DNA of 35,497 nucleotides from Candidatus Omnitrophota bacterium (GTDB taxonomy: Bacteria; Omnitrophota; Gorgyraeia; Gygaellales; Profunditerraquicolaceae), in NCBI GenBank assembly GCA_041308885.1, contig JBFZAQ010000203.1, forward strand, positions 1-35,497, in the 5' to 3' direction. Below, piece by piece: positions 8,697 through 17,198 of this stretch (position 1 is the stretch's first letter; every line of letters starts with the position of its first letter). The notes below the pieces were generated by a model. That model was not told where the DNA came from, searched no databases, and saw only the letters and a program-made list of their open reading frames with translations. The translations under genes and the position numbers were made by a program.

Positions 8697-10151
8697 TTAT
8701 TTAAATAGCAATTTCTTGGCCGCGGTCAAAGCCTGCTGTCGAGTTTTAATCTTGCCGATTGCCCGGAGCTCTTCAATTTCCCTAAGCATCTTGCCGATCA
8801 GGGGCGATGGCCCCAGCTTAAAAGCGCCCATCAGATCATCTCCGGTAACCAACCGAGGGGCCGCTTCTTCTTTTTCCTTTAAAAAATAAGACTTGAGTAA
8901 TTTAAGCGCCACTTTCTCATGATGCTTACGGCTGGCTGCTTTGTTTAACGGCCCGCGAGTGGCCCGCTGATCGGCGATAGACAATAAGAGGATGCTGGGA
9001 GCCTCAAGCTTAGCATCCCGAAAGAAACGAAATGCCGCCCGCGCCGTAACCATAACGCAATCCGCCAGATATCCCGGACGCAGATGCCACATCACCATCC
9101 GAGCCAAGGCATCAACCTCATCATTGGCCAGTTTTAAACGCCTGGCAATGGCACAGGCCATCTCCCGGCCGACCCGTTCATGTCCATGAAAAGTAGTCCT
9201 CTTCTTTTCCTTGCGCAGGGTCTTCGGCTTACCCACATCATGCAGTAAAAGCCCTAATTTGATTAAACTGTTGCGGCTGCGTTGGCCGGAAAGCTGCTGT
9301 TTTAAATACTCCTGCACGCCGCTATTCTTCTTAAGCTGAAAAATCAACTTTTCATAATCTCCCAAGGATTCCAAAGTGTGGGTCCAAACATCCAAATGAT
9401 GATAAGGCCCCTGCCCGATTCCGCGCATAGGATCGATCTCCGGAATAATCAAAGACAACAGCCCGCAGGCATCCAACTGCAGCATACACTCATAAGCTTT
9501 CCCGGTTTCGAATATCTTAAACAGCTCATCCCTGATCCGCTCGGCCGAAACTTTGACAATCAAGCGCTTCTGGGAAGCGATTGCCGCGCGGGTCTTAGGA
9601 CAAATAGTAAAATCGAAGATACAACTTAAGCTAAAAGCCCGCAGCATCCTTAAGGGATCATCCTTAAAGGCCCGCTTATCTACCATCCGGACAACTTTAG
9701 CCTTAATGTCAACTCGGCCGTTATGCGGATCAAAACAACTACTCTGCCAGCTATCCGGGTGATCGACAAAAGCCTCTAACGGCACAGCCAGCGTATTCAT
9801 GGTAAAATCACGCAGACCCAAATCCTTCTCAATAGTCGGGGCGCGAAAATCAGCGATATCCAAAGTATAGATTACCGACCCCCGGATCTTGACCATCCGG
9901 CAGCAACCGTGCTCTTTATCCAACACCACAAACCCGGCGCCGATTTTCTTGGCCAGGTCCCGGCCAAAGGCTAGGGCATTATGCTTTAAGCAAAAATCAA
10001 TGTCGGGATTGACTTTACGCCTGGCTACCAACAGATCACGCAGATACCCGCCGACAATAAATAGGCCGGCTTTCCGGGATTCGGCGAAGGAAAAAACTGC
10101 GCTGAGAATTTCACGGTCGTATCTAGACGGGAAAATGGGCATAGGGATCAA
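8697..10151 (-). CDS. cca: CCA-adding tRNA nucleotidyltransferase / poly(A) polymerase family protein with HD domain
   Basis: Head-domain GGYLRDLL...NPDIDF, RDFTMN, and HD motif LLLHDVGKP. Confidence 0.85.
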   Translation of the reverse strand: MIPMPIFPSRYDREILSAVFSFAESRKAGLFIVGGYLRDLLVARRKVNPDIDFCLKHNALAFGRDLAKKIGAGFVVLDKEHGCCRMVKIRGSVIYTLDIADFRAPTIEKDLGLRDFTMNTLAVPLEAFVDHPDSWQSSCFDPHNGRVDIKAKVVRMVDKRAFKDDPLRMLRAFSLSCIFDFTICPKTRAAIASQKRLIVKVSAERIRDELFKIFETGKAYECMLQLDACGLLSLIIPEIDPMRGIGQGPYHHLDVWTHTLESLGDYEKLIFQLKKNSGVQEYLKQQLSGQRSRNSLIKLGLLLHDVGKPKTLRKEKKRTTFHGHERVGREMACAIARRLKLANDEVDALARMVMWHLRPGYLADCVMVTARAAFRFFRDAKLEAPSILLLSIADQRATRGPLNKAASRKHHEKVALKLLKSYFLKEKEEAAPRLVTGDDLMGAFKLGPSPLIGKMLREIEELRAIGKIKTRQQALTAAKKLLFK

Positions 10152-10171
10152 ATTACGCGAGGTAGATAAAG

Positions 10172-10585
10172 CTACTGCTTATCTTTATTGAACATCGTAG
10201 ATTGCTGCAAGACCGAATCTTCGACAAATATCGGGGCATGGGCCCGCACGGATAAGGCGATACTATCGGAAGGCCGGGCATCAACGGTCTTAGTCTGGCC
10301 GCCCTGAGTCTTAATAACTATTTTGGCGTGGAAAGTGTTCTCTTCCAATTTATCGATAATTATTTTCTCAATCTGAGCCTCTAAATTTGATATGGTTGAA
10401 ACTAATAAATCGTGAGTTAGCGGCCGGGGCGGCTGGAAACCGCTGATTTTAAGCTTAATAGCCGAGGCTTCGCTTAAGCCGATAACAATAGGCAATATCC
10501 GGGTGCCGCCTTTTTCTTTTAAGACAATCAACTGATCATGGCGTTTCTCATCAATAACAATTTTATTTAATTCCATTTCCACCAT
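10172..10585 (-). CDS. bifunctional nuclease (DUF151/BFN) family protein
   Basis: ILPIVIGLSEASAI...RPLTHDLL...IIDKLEENTFHAKIVI...VDARPSDSIALSVRAHAPIFV is the DUF151 pattern. Confidence 0.8.
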   Translation of the reverse strand: MVEMELNKIVIDEKRHDQLIVLKEKGGTRILPIVIGLSEASAIKLKISGFQPPRPLTHDLLVSTISNLEAQIEKIIIDKLEENTFHAKIVIKTQGGQTKTVDARPSDSIALSVRAHAPIFVEDSVLQQSTMFNKDKQ

Positions 10586-10603
10586 CTATATCCTCCAGGC
10601 CCG

Positions 10604-11077
10604 CTAGCGCTTACGGCGCGGTTTTTGATTCTCCAGCATCCCTTTAAGTTCCTGCATAAACTGGCTGACGTCTTTAAATTGCCGGTATACCGAAGCAAAC
10701 CGCACATAGGCGACATCGTCGACGGATTTCAGTTTAAGCATCAATAATTCCCCAATCTTGGTCGTGGGGACTTCCCGGTCCGGCTTTTTCTGGATTGCCC
10801 GCTCAACTTGAGTGGCTATATCTTCCATCTTTTCCACTCCGATCGGCCGCTTTTCGCAGGCCTTCATAATTCCCGAGAGCATCTTCTTGCGGTCAAAGGG
10901 CTCGCGCCGGCCGTCTTTCTTGACCACCATCAGCGAAACATCCTCCACATATTCATAGGTAGTAAAGCGCTTGCCGCACTTTAGGCATTCGCGCCGGCGC
11001 CGAACCGCTGACTGCTCGGCGGTCGCCCGCGAATCGACGACTTTGTCTTCTTTGTGGTTACAGAAAGGACAACGCAT
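10604..11077 (-). CDS. nrdR: transcriptional repressor NrdR
   Basis: N-terminal zinc ribbon MRCPFCNH...DSR...RRRRECLKCGKRFTTYE followed by an ATP-cone. Confidence 0.95.
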   Translation of the reverse strand: MRCPFCNHKEDKVVDSRATAEQSAVRRRRECLKCGKRFTTYEYVEDVSLMVVKKDGRREPFDRKKMLSGIMKACEKRPIGVEKMEDIATQVERAIQKKPDREVPTTKIGELLMLKLKSVDDVAYVRFASVYRQFKDVSQFMQELKGMLENQKPRRKR

Positions 11078-11083
11078 ACTTTA

Positions 11084-11218
11084 ATGTTTTGTGTAATGTG
11101 TTATGTTTAATGTGTAATGCTGGTGTAATGGTTTAATGTGTAATGGAAAAGAATAAATTCCATTACACATTATTTTGCATTAAACCCACATTACACATTA
11201 CACTTTACACATTACACA
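11084..11218. repeat. imperfect palindrome built from TGTGTAA-type heptamers
   Basis: TGTGTAA/TGTGTTA/TGTTTAA/TGTGTAA from 11090. The central perfect 12-bp stem is AATGTGTAATGG (11135-11146) pairing with CCATTACACATT (11160-11171). The right arm repeats CACATTACAC and overlaps the dCMP deaminase stop codon (11212-11214). Confidence 0.85.
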
Positions 11219-11688
11219 GAACGACCATTTAGTCTTCGAACTTTAATACCCGCTTCCTTCAAAAACTTTGCCGCCAGCTTATCCGGATAACCATCGGAAA
11301 CTACAATCTCTTTGATCCCGGCATTGATCAGCATCTTTGCGCAGATAACGCACGGCTGAATAGTGGCATAGAGAACCGCCCCCCGCACGCTGATACCGTA
11401 AAGAGAAGCTTGAATAAGCGCGTTTTGCTCAGCGTGCAAACCCCGGCATAGTTCGTGTCTTTGTCCGGAGGGTATTTTAAGCTTCTCACGCAGGCAACCG
11501 ATATCCAAACAATGCTCCAACCCGCTGGGGGCGCCGTTGTAGCCGGTGGCCAATATCCGCTTATCCTTGACTAAAATTGCCCCCACTCTCCGGCGCAAAC
11601 AAGTTGCCCGGCGCGAGACTAATTTGGCTACTTCTAAAAAATACTCATCCCAACTGGGCCGGTGAAACGATGTTTTAATTTTTTTCAT
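11212..11688 (-). CDS. dCMP (deoxycytidylate) deaminase, ComEB-like
   Basis: Zinc motifs HAEQNAL and [10 protein letters not shown] moved the start to ATG 11688 ([21 protein letters not shown]). The track start (TTG at 11760) lies in family-B repeat sequence. Confidence 0.85.
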   Translation of the reverse strand: MKKIKTSFHRPSWDEYFLEVAKLVSRRATCLRRRVGAILVKDKRILATGYNGAPSGLEHCLDIGCLREKLKIPSGQRHELCRGLHAEQNALIQASLYGISVRGAVLYATIQPCVICAKMLINAGIKEIVVSDGYPDKLAAKFLKEAGIKVRRLNGRSV

Positions 11689-11706
11689 ATCTTCATTCCC
11701 GTTAAT

Positions 11707-11936
11707 CTGAAGCGCCGCAGGCGCTGAAGAATTCAACTCGCCGTCATTCTGAGGCCGCAAGGCTTTCTTCGCGCGGGCGGCCGAAGAAACTGACGGCAGC
11801 CTAGATCCCTCGTCGCGCTTCCTGCCTGCCGGCAGGCAGGCGCGCTCCTCGGGATGAGGGAAACGTTAGCGGCGCCTCGGGATGACATAATATCGCTGCA
11901 CTCAGGACGACGCAATATCGCTGCGCAGGATAACAT
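11707..11936. repeat. composite GC-rich repeat block (family-B units plus the perfect 20-bp palindrome CCTGCCTGCCGGCAGGCAGG at 11821-11840)
   Basis: AGCGCCGCAGGCGCT hairpin at 11711-11725. CCGTCATTCTGAGGCCGCAAGG...GGCCGAAGAAACTGACGG at 11741-11797. The palindrome at 11821-11840 is flanked by CGCGCTT/GCGCGCT. It fills the glyA to dCMP-deaminase spacer. Confidence 0.85.
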
Positions 11937-13196
11937 CTATATTTTTAGCAACTCCGGATACAAAGGAAACTTCTTAGTCAGCTTAATTACTTCCTTCTTA
12001 ATCTCAACCAGCCGGCTAGCGCTGTCTCTAGTTACCAGCGCCCGGTCGATCAATTCGGCAATCAGGCGCATTTCAGCTTCTTTCATCCCGCGCGTAGTAA
12101 CTGCAGGAGTGCCAAGACGAATACCGCTGGTAATTGCCGGGGCCTTAGCGTCAAAAGGAATAAGGTTCTTATTTACGGTAATCCCGGCCTCTCCCAAAAT
12201 CGCCGAAGCGTCTTTCCCTGTAATGTCCTTAGAAGTCAAATCCACTAATGACAGATGCGTATCTGTTCCGCCGGAAACAATCCGATATCCCTTATCGGCC
12301 ATGGCGCCGGCCAACTCCCGCGAATTCTTGACTACCTGCCGCTGATAGGCTTGGAATTCCGGGGTCATGGCCTGGCGGAAAGCTACGGCCTTAGCCGCGA
12401 TCACGTGCATTAACGGCCCGCCTTGGATCCCGGGGAAGATCTCGCTGTCCAGTTTCTTGCCGTATTCTTTACGGCATAAAACGAAACCCCCGCGCGGCCC
12501 CCGCAGCGTTTTATGAGTAGTGGAGCTAACGAATTCGGAAAAAGGCACCGGCGTAGGATGAACTCCGGCCGCGACTAACCCGGCAATGTGGGCCATATCG
12601 GTGAACAATATGGCCCCCACCTCATCGCAAATAGAGCGCAAGGCTTTAAAATCAATGATCCGGGGGTACGCCGACGCCCCGGCGATGATCATCTTGGGTC
12701 TATGCTGCTTGGCCAGGGCGGCTATTTGGGGGTAATCCAGAAGCTCGGTCTTGCGATCCACGCCATAAGGGATGATTTTATACAACATCCCGGAAAAATT
12801 ATGCGGGTGCCCATGGGTTAGATGACCGCCGCAAGCTAGATCCAAAGCCAAAACACAATCTCCGGGTTTCAACGCGGCAAAATACACCGCCATATTAGCC
12901 TGGCTTCCGGAATGCGCCTGGACATTGGCATGCTCGGCTGAGAACAGCTCCTTAACTCGCTCAATGGCCAGCCGTTCCGCCTCATCCACATGCTCGCACC
13001 CTCCGTACCAACGCGCGCGCGGATATCCCTCGGCGTATTTATTGGTCAGAACTGAACCTTGAGCCTGGAGCACCGCCAAAGAAGTGAAATTCTCGGACGC
13101 GATCAACTCTAAATTATCTTCCTGGCGCAGGATCTCTTGTTTTATGACGGCGTATATTTCCGGATCGGCTTTTTTTAAATGCTCCATCTCTTTCAT
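11937..13196 (-). CDS. glyA: serine hydroxymethyltransferase
   Basis: Full-length GlyA-like sequence (…LIASENFTS…, …[11 protein letters not shown]…). ATG at 13196 overlaps the rpiB stop as ATGA. The track start at 13202 is a TTG. Confidence 0.95.
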   Translation of the reverse strand: MKEMEHLKKADPEIYAVIKQEILRQEDNLELIASENFTSLAVLQAQGSVLTNKYAEGYPRARWYGGCEHVDEAERLAIERVKELFSAEHANVQAHSGSQANMAVYFAALKPGDCVLALDLACGGHLTHGHPHNFSGMLYKIIPYGVDRKTELLDYPQIAALAKQHRPKMIIAGASAYPRIIDFKALRSICDEVGAILFTDMAHIAGLVAAGVHPTPVPFSEFVSSTTHKTLRGPRGGFVLCRKEYGKKLDSEIFPGIQGGPLMHVIAAKAVAFRQAMTPEFQAYQRQVVKNSRELAGAMADKGYRIVSGGTDTHLSLVDLTSKDITGKDASAILGEAGITVNKNLIPFDAKAPAITSGIRLGTPAVTTRGMKEAEMRLIAELIDRALVTRDSASRLVEIKKEVIKLTKKFPLYPELLKI

Positions 13197-13648
13197 CGGC
13201 AAATTTCCTCTTCTATTTTCTTCAGCAGATTGAGCCTGCGGGCGTGGCGGCCTCCGGCAAATTCAGCAGCCAGCCAAAGATCGGCGATCTTGCGCGCAAT
13301 CTTCCCGCTGACAAAACCAGCCCCCAACACCAGAACATTACTATTATTATGCTCCCGGGATAACTGCGCCGCTTGCGGATTACAGCATAAGGCTGCCCGC
13401 ACTCCGGGAAAACGGTTGGCAACAATGGAATTGCCGATCCCGGATTTACAGATCAGGATCCCGCGGCTGTATTTCTTTTGGGAAATCAACTTAGCCAAAG
13501 CAGCCGCATATAGAGGATAATCACAACGATCAACCGAATACGGCCCTAAATCTTTGATTTTGAAGGACTTCTTACTCTGAATATAAGCTTTAAGCTCTTC
13601 TTTTAAGACGTATCCCGCATGGTCCGAAGCTATTAAAATTGGCTTCAT
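13193..13648 (-). CDS. rpiB: ribose-5-phosphate isomerase B
   Basis: [22 protein letters not shown]... and ...[22 protein letters not shown]... fit the RpiB/LacA/LacB family. Confidence 0.9.
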   Translation of the reverse strand: MKPILIASDHAGYVLKEELKAYIQSKKSFKIKDLGPYSVDRCDYPLYAAALAKLISQKKYSRGILICKSGIGNSIVANRFPGVRAALCCNPQAAQLSREHNNSNVLVLGAGFVSGKIARKIADLWLAAEFAGGRHARRLNLLKKIEEEICR

Positions 13649-13690
13649 CTATGATTCCCCTTATAACTTTAGAGCCGTGTTGACAGTTTG

Positions 13691-13805
13691 GCTACGGTTA
13701 CGTCTTACGGTAACGAAGCCCGTTTCGTTTAACGGTAACGGTTACGGCATTTATTGTTTAGACGATAGACGTAACCAAAAACCGATACGGGCCTCGTTAC
13801 CGTTG
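13691..13805. repeat. palindromic element rich in GGTAACG/CGTTACC
   Basis: ACGGTAACGAAGCCCGTTTCG (13707-13726) matches the reverse complement of CGATACGGGCCTCGTTACCGT (13783-13803) at 19 of 21 positions. Additional TACGGT/GGTAACG/GGTTACG units lie between the arms. Confidence 0.75.
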
Positions 13806-13889
13806 CCTAGAACCGTTTCCGGGTTAATTAACCCAGGTGTAAATACATCCTTTACGTGGACACCAAAACCTAAAACCCTAATCTATTTA

Positions 13890-14948
13890 CTAAACAATCT
13901 CAACCACCCTCTCTACCGCCTCTTTAATCACTGCCAGCGTCTGCTGATAATACTCGAAGGGTTTAGCGATAGGATCGGGAATATCCAAATTATTCCCCCC
14001 TATTCTAGCAAATTCTTTTAATAAAAACACTCTATTTTTTACCTCCGGAAGCATCTGGATGATCTTTTGCTCGTGGGTTGACTCCATGACCAAGATTACA
14101 TCAGATCTCCTCAACCCGAGCGGCGTTACTTGAGTTGAAAGATGCCCGGAAACATCAATGCCTTCTTGACTTAAGACATCCTTGGTCTGCGCAGTTGCCC
14201 CCATTGAGCCGGCCAGAATACCGGCTGAAAAAACCTCAACATCGCTGCGCTTTCTCTGCGCTAAAACCTTTTGCAGCAAAGCTTGGGCCATAACCGACCG
14301 GCAGGAATTACCCGTGCAAATAAATAAAACAGTCTTGCGGCCGGCAACGCGCAGCAGATCTTCGGTTTTGACGGGACCTTCCCGAAGCACGGTAACAGCA
14401 GAGTTGACCGCGCTGGCTACCGTTGACTCTTTGGCCAGCGGGGTTTTACCCGCATCAATGGCCAAATCAACCTTACCATCCAAATCCGCCAGCGCCTCGG
14501 GTAAAGTGATCGACGCAAGTTTTCCGGAGATATTTGCCGAAGGACAGGCTACCGGAACCTGGGCTCGGGCAATGATCCCCCGGGCCACCGCGCTATCCGG
14601 CAGGCGCAGGCCGACTGTACCCGCGGAAACGGAAGGCAAGATCAGCGTCAACGGACCCGGCCAATAAACAGCCATTAATTTATAGGCCGCGATAGGGATA
14701 TCCCGAGCCAGCTTTTCCACCTGCTCAACATTATCAATAGCCACCGGAAAAGGCTTATTATCCGGCCGCCCCTTAATCTCGGCGAGTTTCGCAATCGCTC
14801 CCGCATCGCGCATATTCGCGGCAAGGCCATAGACCGTTTCCGTCGGTATGATCACTAACCCGCCGTTACGAATAATATTGCCCGCTTGCGCCAAATATTC
14901 GGCTTGCGGATTTAGAGGATCGATCTTTATAACTTTTGTATTCGACAT
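13890..14948 (-). CDS. tsaC: L-threonylcarbamoyladenylate synthase (TsaC/Sua5/YwlC family) fused to a low-molecular-weight phosphatase (YwlE-like)
   Basis: The N-terminal half has VIIPTETVYGLAANM...IKGRPDNKPFPV (YrdC/Sua5 domain). From about aa 205, VLFICTGNSCRSVMAQALL (CX5R P-loop) and ...DIPDPI are the LMW-PTP/arsenate-reductase fold signature. Confidence 0.8.
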   Translation of the reverse strand: MSNTKVIKIDPLNPQAEYLAQAGNIIRNGGLVIIPTETVYGLAANMRDAGAIAKLAEIKGRPDNKPFPVAIDNVEQVEKLARDIPIAAYKLMAVYWPGPLTLILPSVSAGTVGLRLPDSAVARGIIARAQVPVACPSANISGKLASITLPEALADLDGKVDLAIDAGKTPLAKESTVASAVNSAVTVLREGPVKTEDLLRVAGRKTVLFICTGNSCRSVMAQALLQKVLAQRKRSDVEVFSAGILAGSMGATAQTKDVLSQEGIDVSGHLSTQVTPLGLRRSDVILVMESTHEQKIIQMLPEVKNRVFLLKEFARIGGNNLDIPDPIAKPFEYYQQTLAVIKEAVERVVEIV

Positions 14949-14962
14949 CAGATCAACCAGTT

Positions 14963-15094
14963 AAATTACCAATGAGCCAAATCCCAATATCCAATGAATG
15001 GCCAATTTCCAAATCCCAATTGGACATTCCTGCCTGCCTGCCGGCAGGGGTTATTGGAATTTCATTGGGATTTGGAGTTTGAGATTTGGTCATT
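14963..15094. repeat. family-A element, copy A2, with internal CCTGCCGGCAGG palindrome (15037-15048)
   Basis: AAATTACCAATGAGCCAAATCCCAATATCCAATGAATGGCCAATTTCCAAATCCCAATTGGACATTCCTGCCTGCCTGCCGGCAGG, then the inverted arm TTCATTGGGATTTGGAGTTTGAGATTTGGTCATT. It overlaps the purE stop codon (15093-15095). Confidence 0.9.
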
Positions 15095-15569
15095 AACATC
15101 TAATTCTTGTCTTCTTGATCTTGGCCGCCATATCCTTCTTATAGTCTATCAACTTCGCCTGAATTGACCGGTTGGTAATACCTAGAATCGCCAGGGCGAA
15201 CAAGGCGGCATTCTTGGCTCCTGCCTTGCCGATCGCCATGCCCGCCACCGGTATTCCGCCGGGCATCTGAACCGTTGATAACAAGGAATCCAAGCCCTTT
15301 AAACTCGCAGTTTCTATAGGGATACCGATAACCGGTAACGTCGTATGCGCGGCAATTACTCCGGCCAGCGCGGCCGCCCCGCCCGCGGCGGCAATAAAGA
15401 CTTTAGTCCCCTTTTTCGATGCAATCTCTACGTATTTGGCTAATTCTTTCGGCGTGCGGTGCGCGGATAAAACTTTGGCCGTATAAGCAACCTTAAATTC
15501 CTTCAAGACATTAATTGCTTCTTGAACAGTATCTAAATCTGATTGACTACCCATGATGATGCTGATCAT
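15093..15569 (-). CDS. purE: 5-(carboxyamino)imidazole ribonucleotide mutase
   Basis: ISIIMGSQSDL...VLSAHRTPKEL...AAGGAAALAGVIAAHTTLPVIGIP. ATG 15569 has GGAGG 5 nt upstream. The track start at 15581 is a GTG, 4 codons further up. Confidence 0.95.
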   Translation of the reverse strand: MISIIMGSQSDLDTVQEAINVLKEFKVAYTAKVLSAHRTPKELAKYVEIASKKGTKVFIAAAGGAAALAGVIAAHTTLPVIGIPIETASLKGLDSLLSTVQMPGGIPVAGMAIGKAGAKNAALFALAILGITNRSIQAKLIDYKKDMAAKIKKTRIRC

Positions 15570-15583
15570 AACGCCCTCCACTT

Positions 15584-15796
15584 AAATGACCAATGACTAA
15601 ATCCCAATATCCAATGAATGACCAATTTCCAAATCCCAATTGGACATTCCTGCCTGCCGGCAGGCGAAACAAATCCGAATTACGATAATGTCAAATGACA
15701 AAATTCAAATACCAAAATAAATTCCAAATTCAAATTACCAATTTTTGTCATTTGGCATTTGTGCTTATTTTGGAATTTGTGCTTTGTCATTTGAAT
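15584..15796. repeat. family-A element, copy A3 (left module about 94% identical to A2 by eye), followed by a CAAATGACAAA-type palindromic variant
   Basis: 15584-15664 aligns with 14963-15048 apart from a few substitutions and a 4-nt gap. 15688-15796 carries TGTCAAATGACAAAATTCAAATACCAAAATAA and its approximate inverse TTATTTTGGAATTTGTGCTTTGTCATTTGAATTT. It fills the purD to purE spacer. Confidence 0.9.
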
Positions 15797-17158
15797 TTAA
15801 CTATCGAGCGTTCTTCTCCCAATATCCCTACGAAACTGCATCCCCTCAAAACTTAGCGCACCCACTGCCTTATACGTTGTATCTATGGCTTCTTGAATAG
15901 TATTACCTAATCCCGTAACCCCCAACACCCGCCCGCCATTAGTTACGTAATCTGCGTCCTGCGACCGAGCGCCAGCGAGGGAGTCCCGAGCCTCTATCGT
16001 CAACCCGCCTGAAGCGAGGGACGTCATGCGTCCTGCGTCTTTCCTTGTTCCGGCATGAAACACCACCACATCTTTCATCTTCGCGGCAGTATCCAGTCCG
16101 GCTATTACTTTACCCTTTGCATACTCTCCCGGATACCCTTTTGCGGCGCAAACCACGCATACGCAAGCGCGGCTATCCCAATTTAATCCTCCGCTCTTCA
16201 TAAATTTACTCACCCGGCCATCACTTACCGCCAACAGCGCTTCCACAATATCGGATTTAACCCGCGGCATAATGACTTCGGTTTCCGGATCGCCAAAGCG
16301 GGCGTTAAATTCCAAAGTTTTTGGGCCATCCTTAGTCAACATAATCCCCGCATACAAAGCCCCCTTAAATTCTATACCTTCCCGGCTCAAGCCATCAATA
16401 GTCCGATAAATCACTGTATCTAATATCTCTTTGAACAAAATCTCGGTTACTATAGGTGCAGGCGAATAAGCGCCCATGCCGCCGGTATTCGGCCCTTGAT
16501 CGTGGTCAAAAATACGCTTATGGTCCTGGCTAGCTACCAGTGGAATGACTCCTTTAGAATCAGTTAACACAATAATCGAGGCTTCCTGCCCGATAAGACA
16601 CTCCTCAATGATCACCTTATTGCCGGCGCTGCCGAATACCTTATCCTGCATTATCGTAACTACTGCCTGGCGGGCTTCGTCCACGGTTCTGGCCACTATT
16701 ACACCCTTGCCCGCGGCCAAACCATCAGCCTTAACAACACACGGTGCACCAGTTTGCTCAATATATTTTATGGCCCCGGGGGCAGTATCAAAAATCGCGC
16801 AGCGCGCGGTCGGAACTTTATATTTCAGCATCAGCTCCTTAGCAAATACCTTGCTCGCCTCCAGCTGCGCCGCTTTACGATTCGGTCCAAAAACTCTTAA
16901 GCCCTGCTTGCCAAACTCATCCACGATACCCAAAGCCAGCGGCCCTTCCGGCCCGACCACAGTTAAATCTATATGCTCGCGCCGCGCAAATTCCGCAAGC
17001 GCGGCAACATCATCCGCCTTAATATCCACGCACTCGGCCTGCTGAGATATCCCGCCATTCCCCGGCGCGCAGAATATCTTATCCACCAACTTAGACTGCG
17101 CAATCTTCCACACCAGCGCATGCTCCCTACCGCCTGAACCGACAACGAATATACGCAT
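15797..17158 (-). CDS. purD: phosphoribosylamine-glycine ligase (GAR synthetase)
   Basis: MRIFVVGSGGREHALVWKI..., ATP-grasp core, and C-terminal FHAGT...VTNGGRVLGVTG. It carries an in-frame insert of about 30 codons (see 15951-16040). Confidence 0.95.
   Translation of the reverse strand: MRIFVVGSGGREHALVWKIAQSKLVDKIFCAPGNGGISQQAECVDIKADDVAALAEFARREHIDLTVVGPEGPLALGIVDEFGKQGLRVFGPNRKAAQLEASKVFAKELMLKYKVPTARCAIFDTAPGAIKYIEQTGAPCVVKADGLAAGKGVIVARTVDEARQAVVTIMQDKVFGSAGNKVIIEECLIGQEASIIVLTDSKGVIPLVASQDHKRIFDHDQGPNTGGMGAYSPAPIVTEILFKEILDTVIYRTIDGLSREGIEFKGALYAGIMLTKDGPKTLEFNARFGDPETEVIMPRVKSDIVEALLAVSDGRVSKFMKSGGLNWDSRACVCVVCAAKGYPGEYAKGKVIAGLDTAAKMKDVVVFHAGTRKDAGRMTSLASGGLTIEARDSLAGARSQDADYVTNGGRVLGVTGLGNTIQEAIDTTYKAVGALSFEGMQFRRDIGRRTLDS
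15951..16040. repeat. intragenic in-frame repeat insert in purD bounded by TGCGTCCTGCG motifs
   Basis: TCTGCGTCCTGCGACC...GTCATGCGTCCTGCGTCT on the plus strand. It encodes DAGRMTSLASGGLTIEARDSLAGARSQDAD between the conserved HAGT and VTNGGRVLG blocks. Confidence 0.75.
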
Positions 17159-17198
17159 TAATTACCCTTAATACTTTGGATGCCCTTAATTCTTTTTA

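Noticed and set aside
13680-13685. A plus-strand TTGACA with possible downstream -10-like sequence in the rpiB upstream spacer.
   Set aside because: There is no plus-strand gene or credible ORF downstream. The hexamer is part of repeat-rich spacer sequence.
14963-15796. A possible CRISPR array, given the many similar direct and inverted repeats.
   Set aside because: There is no regular repeat-spacer periodicity. The repeats are long imperfect palindromes separated by whole genes. No cas genes are present.
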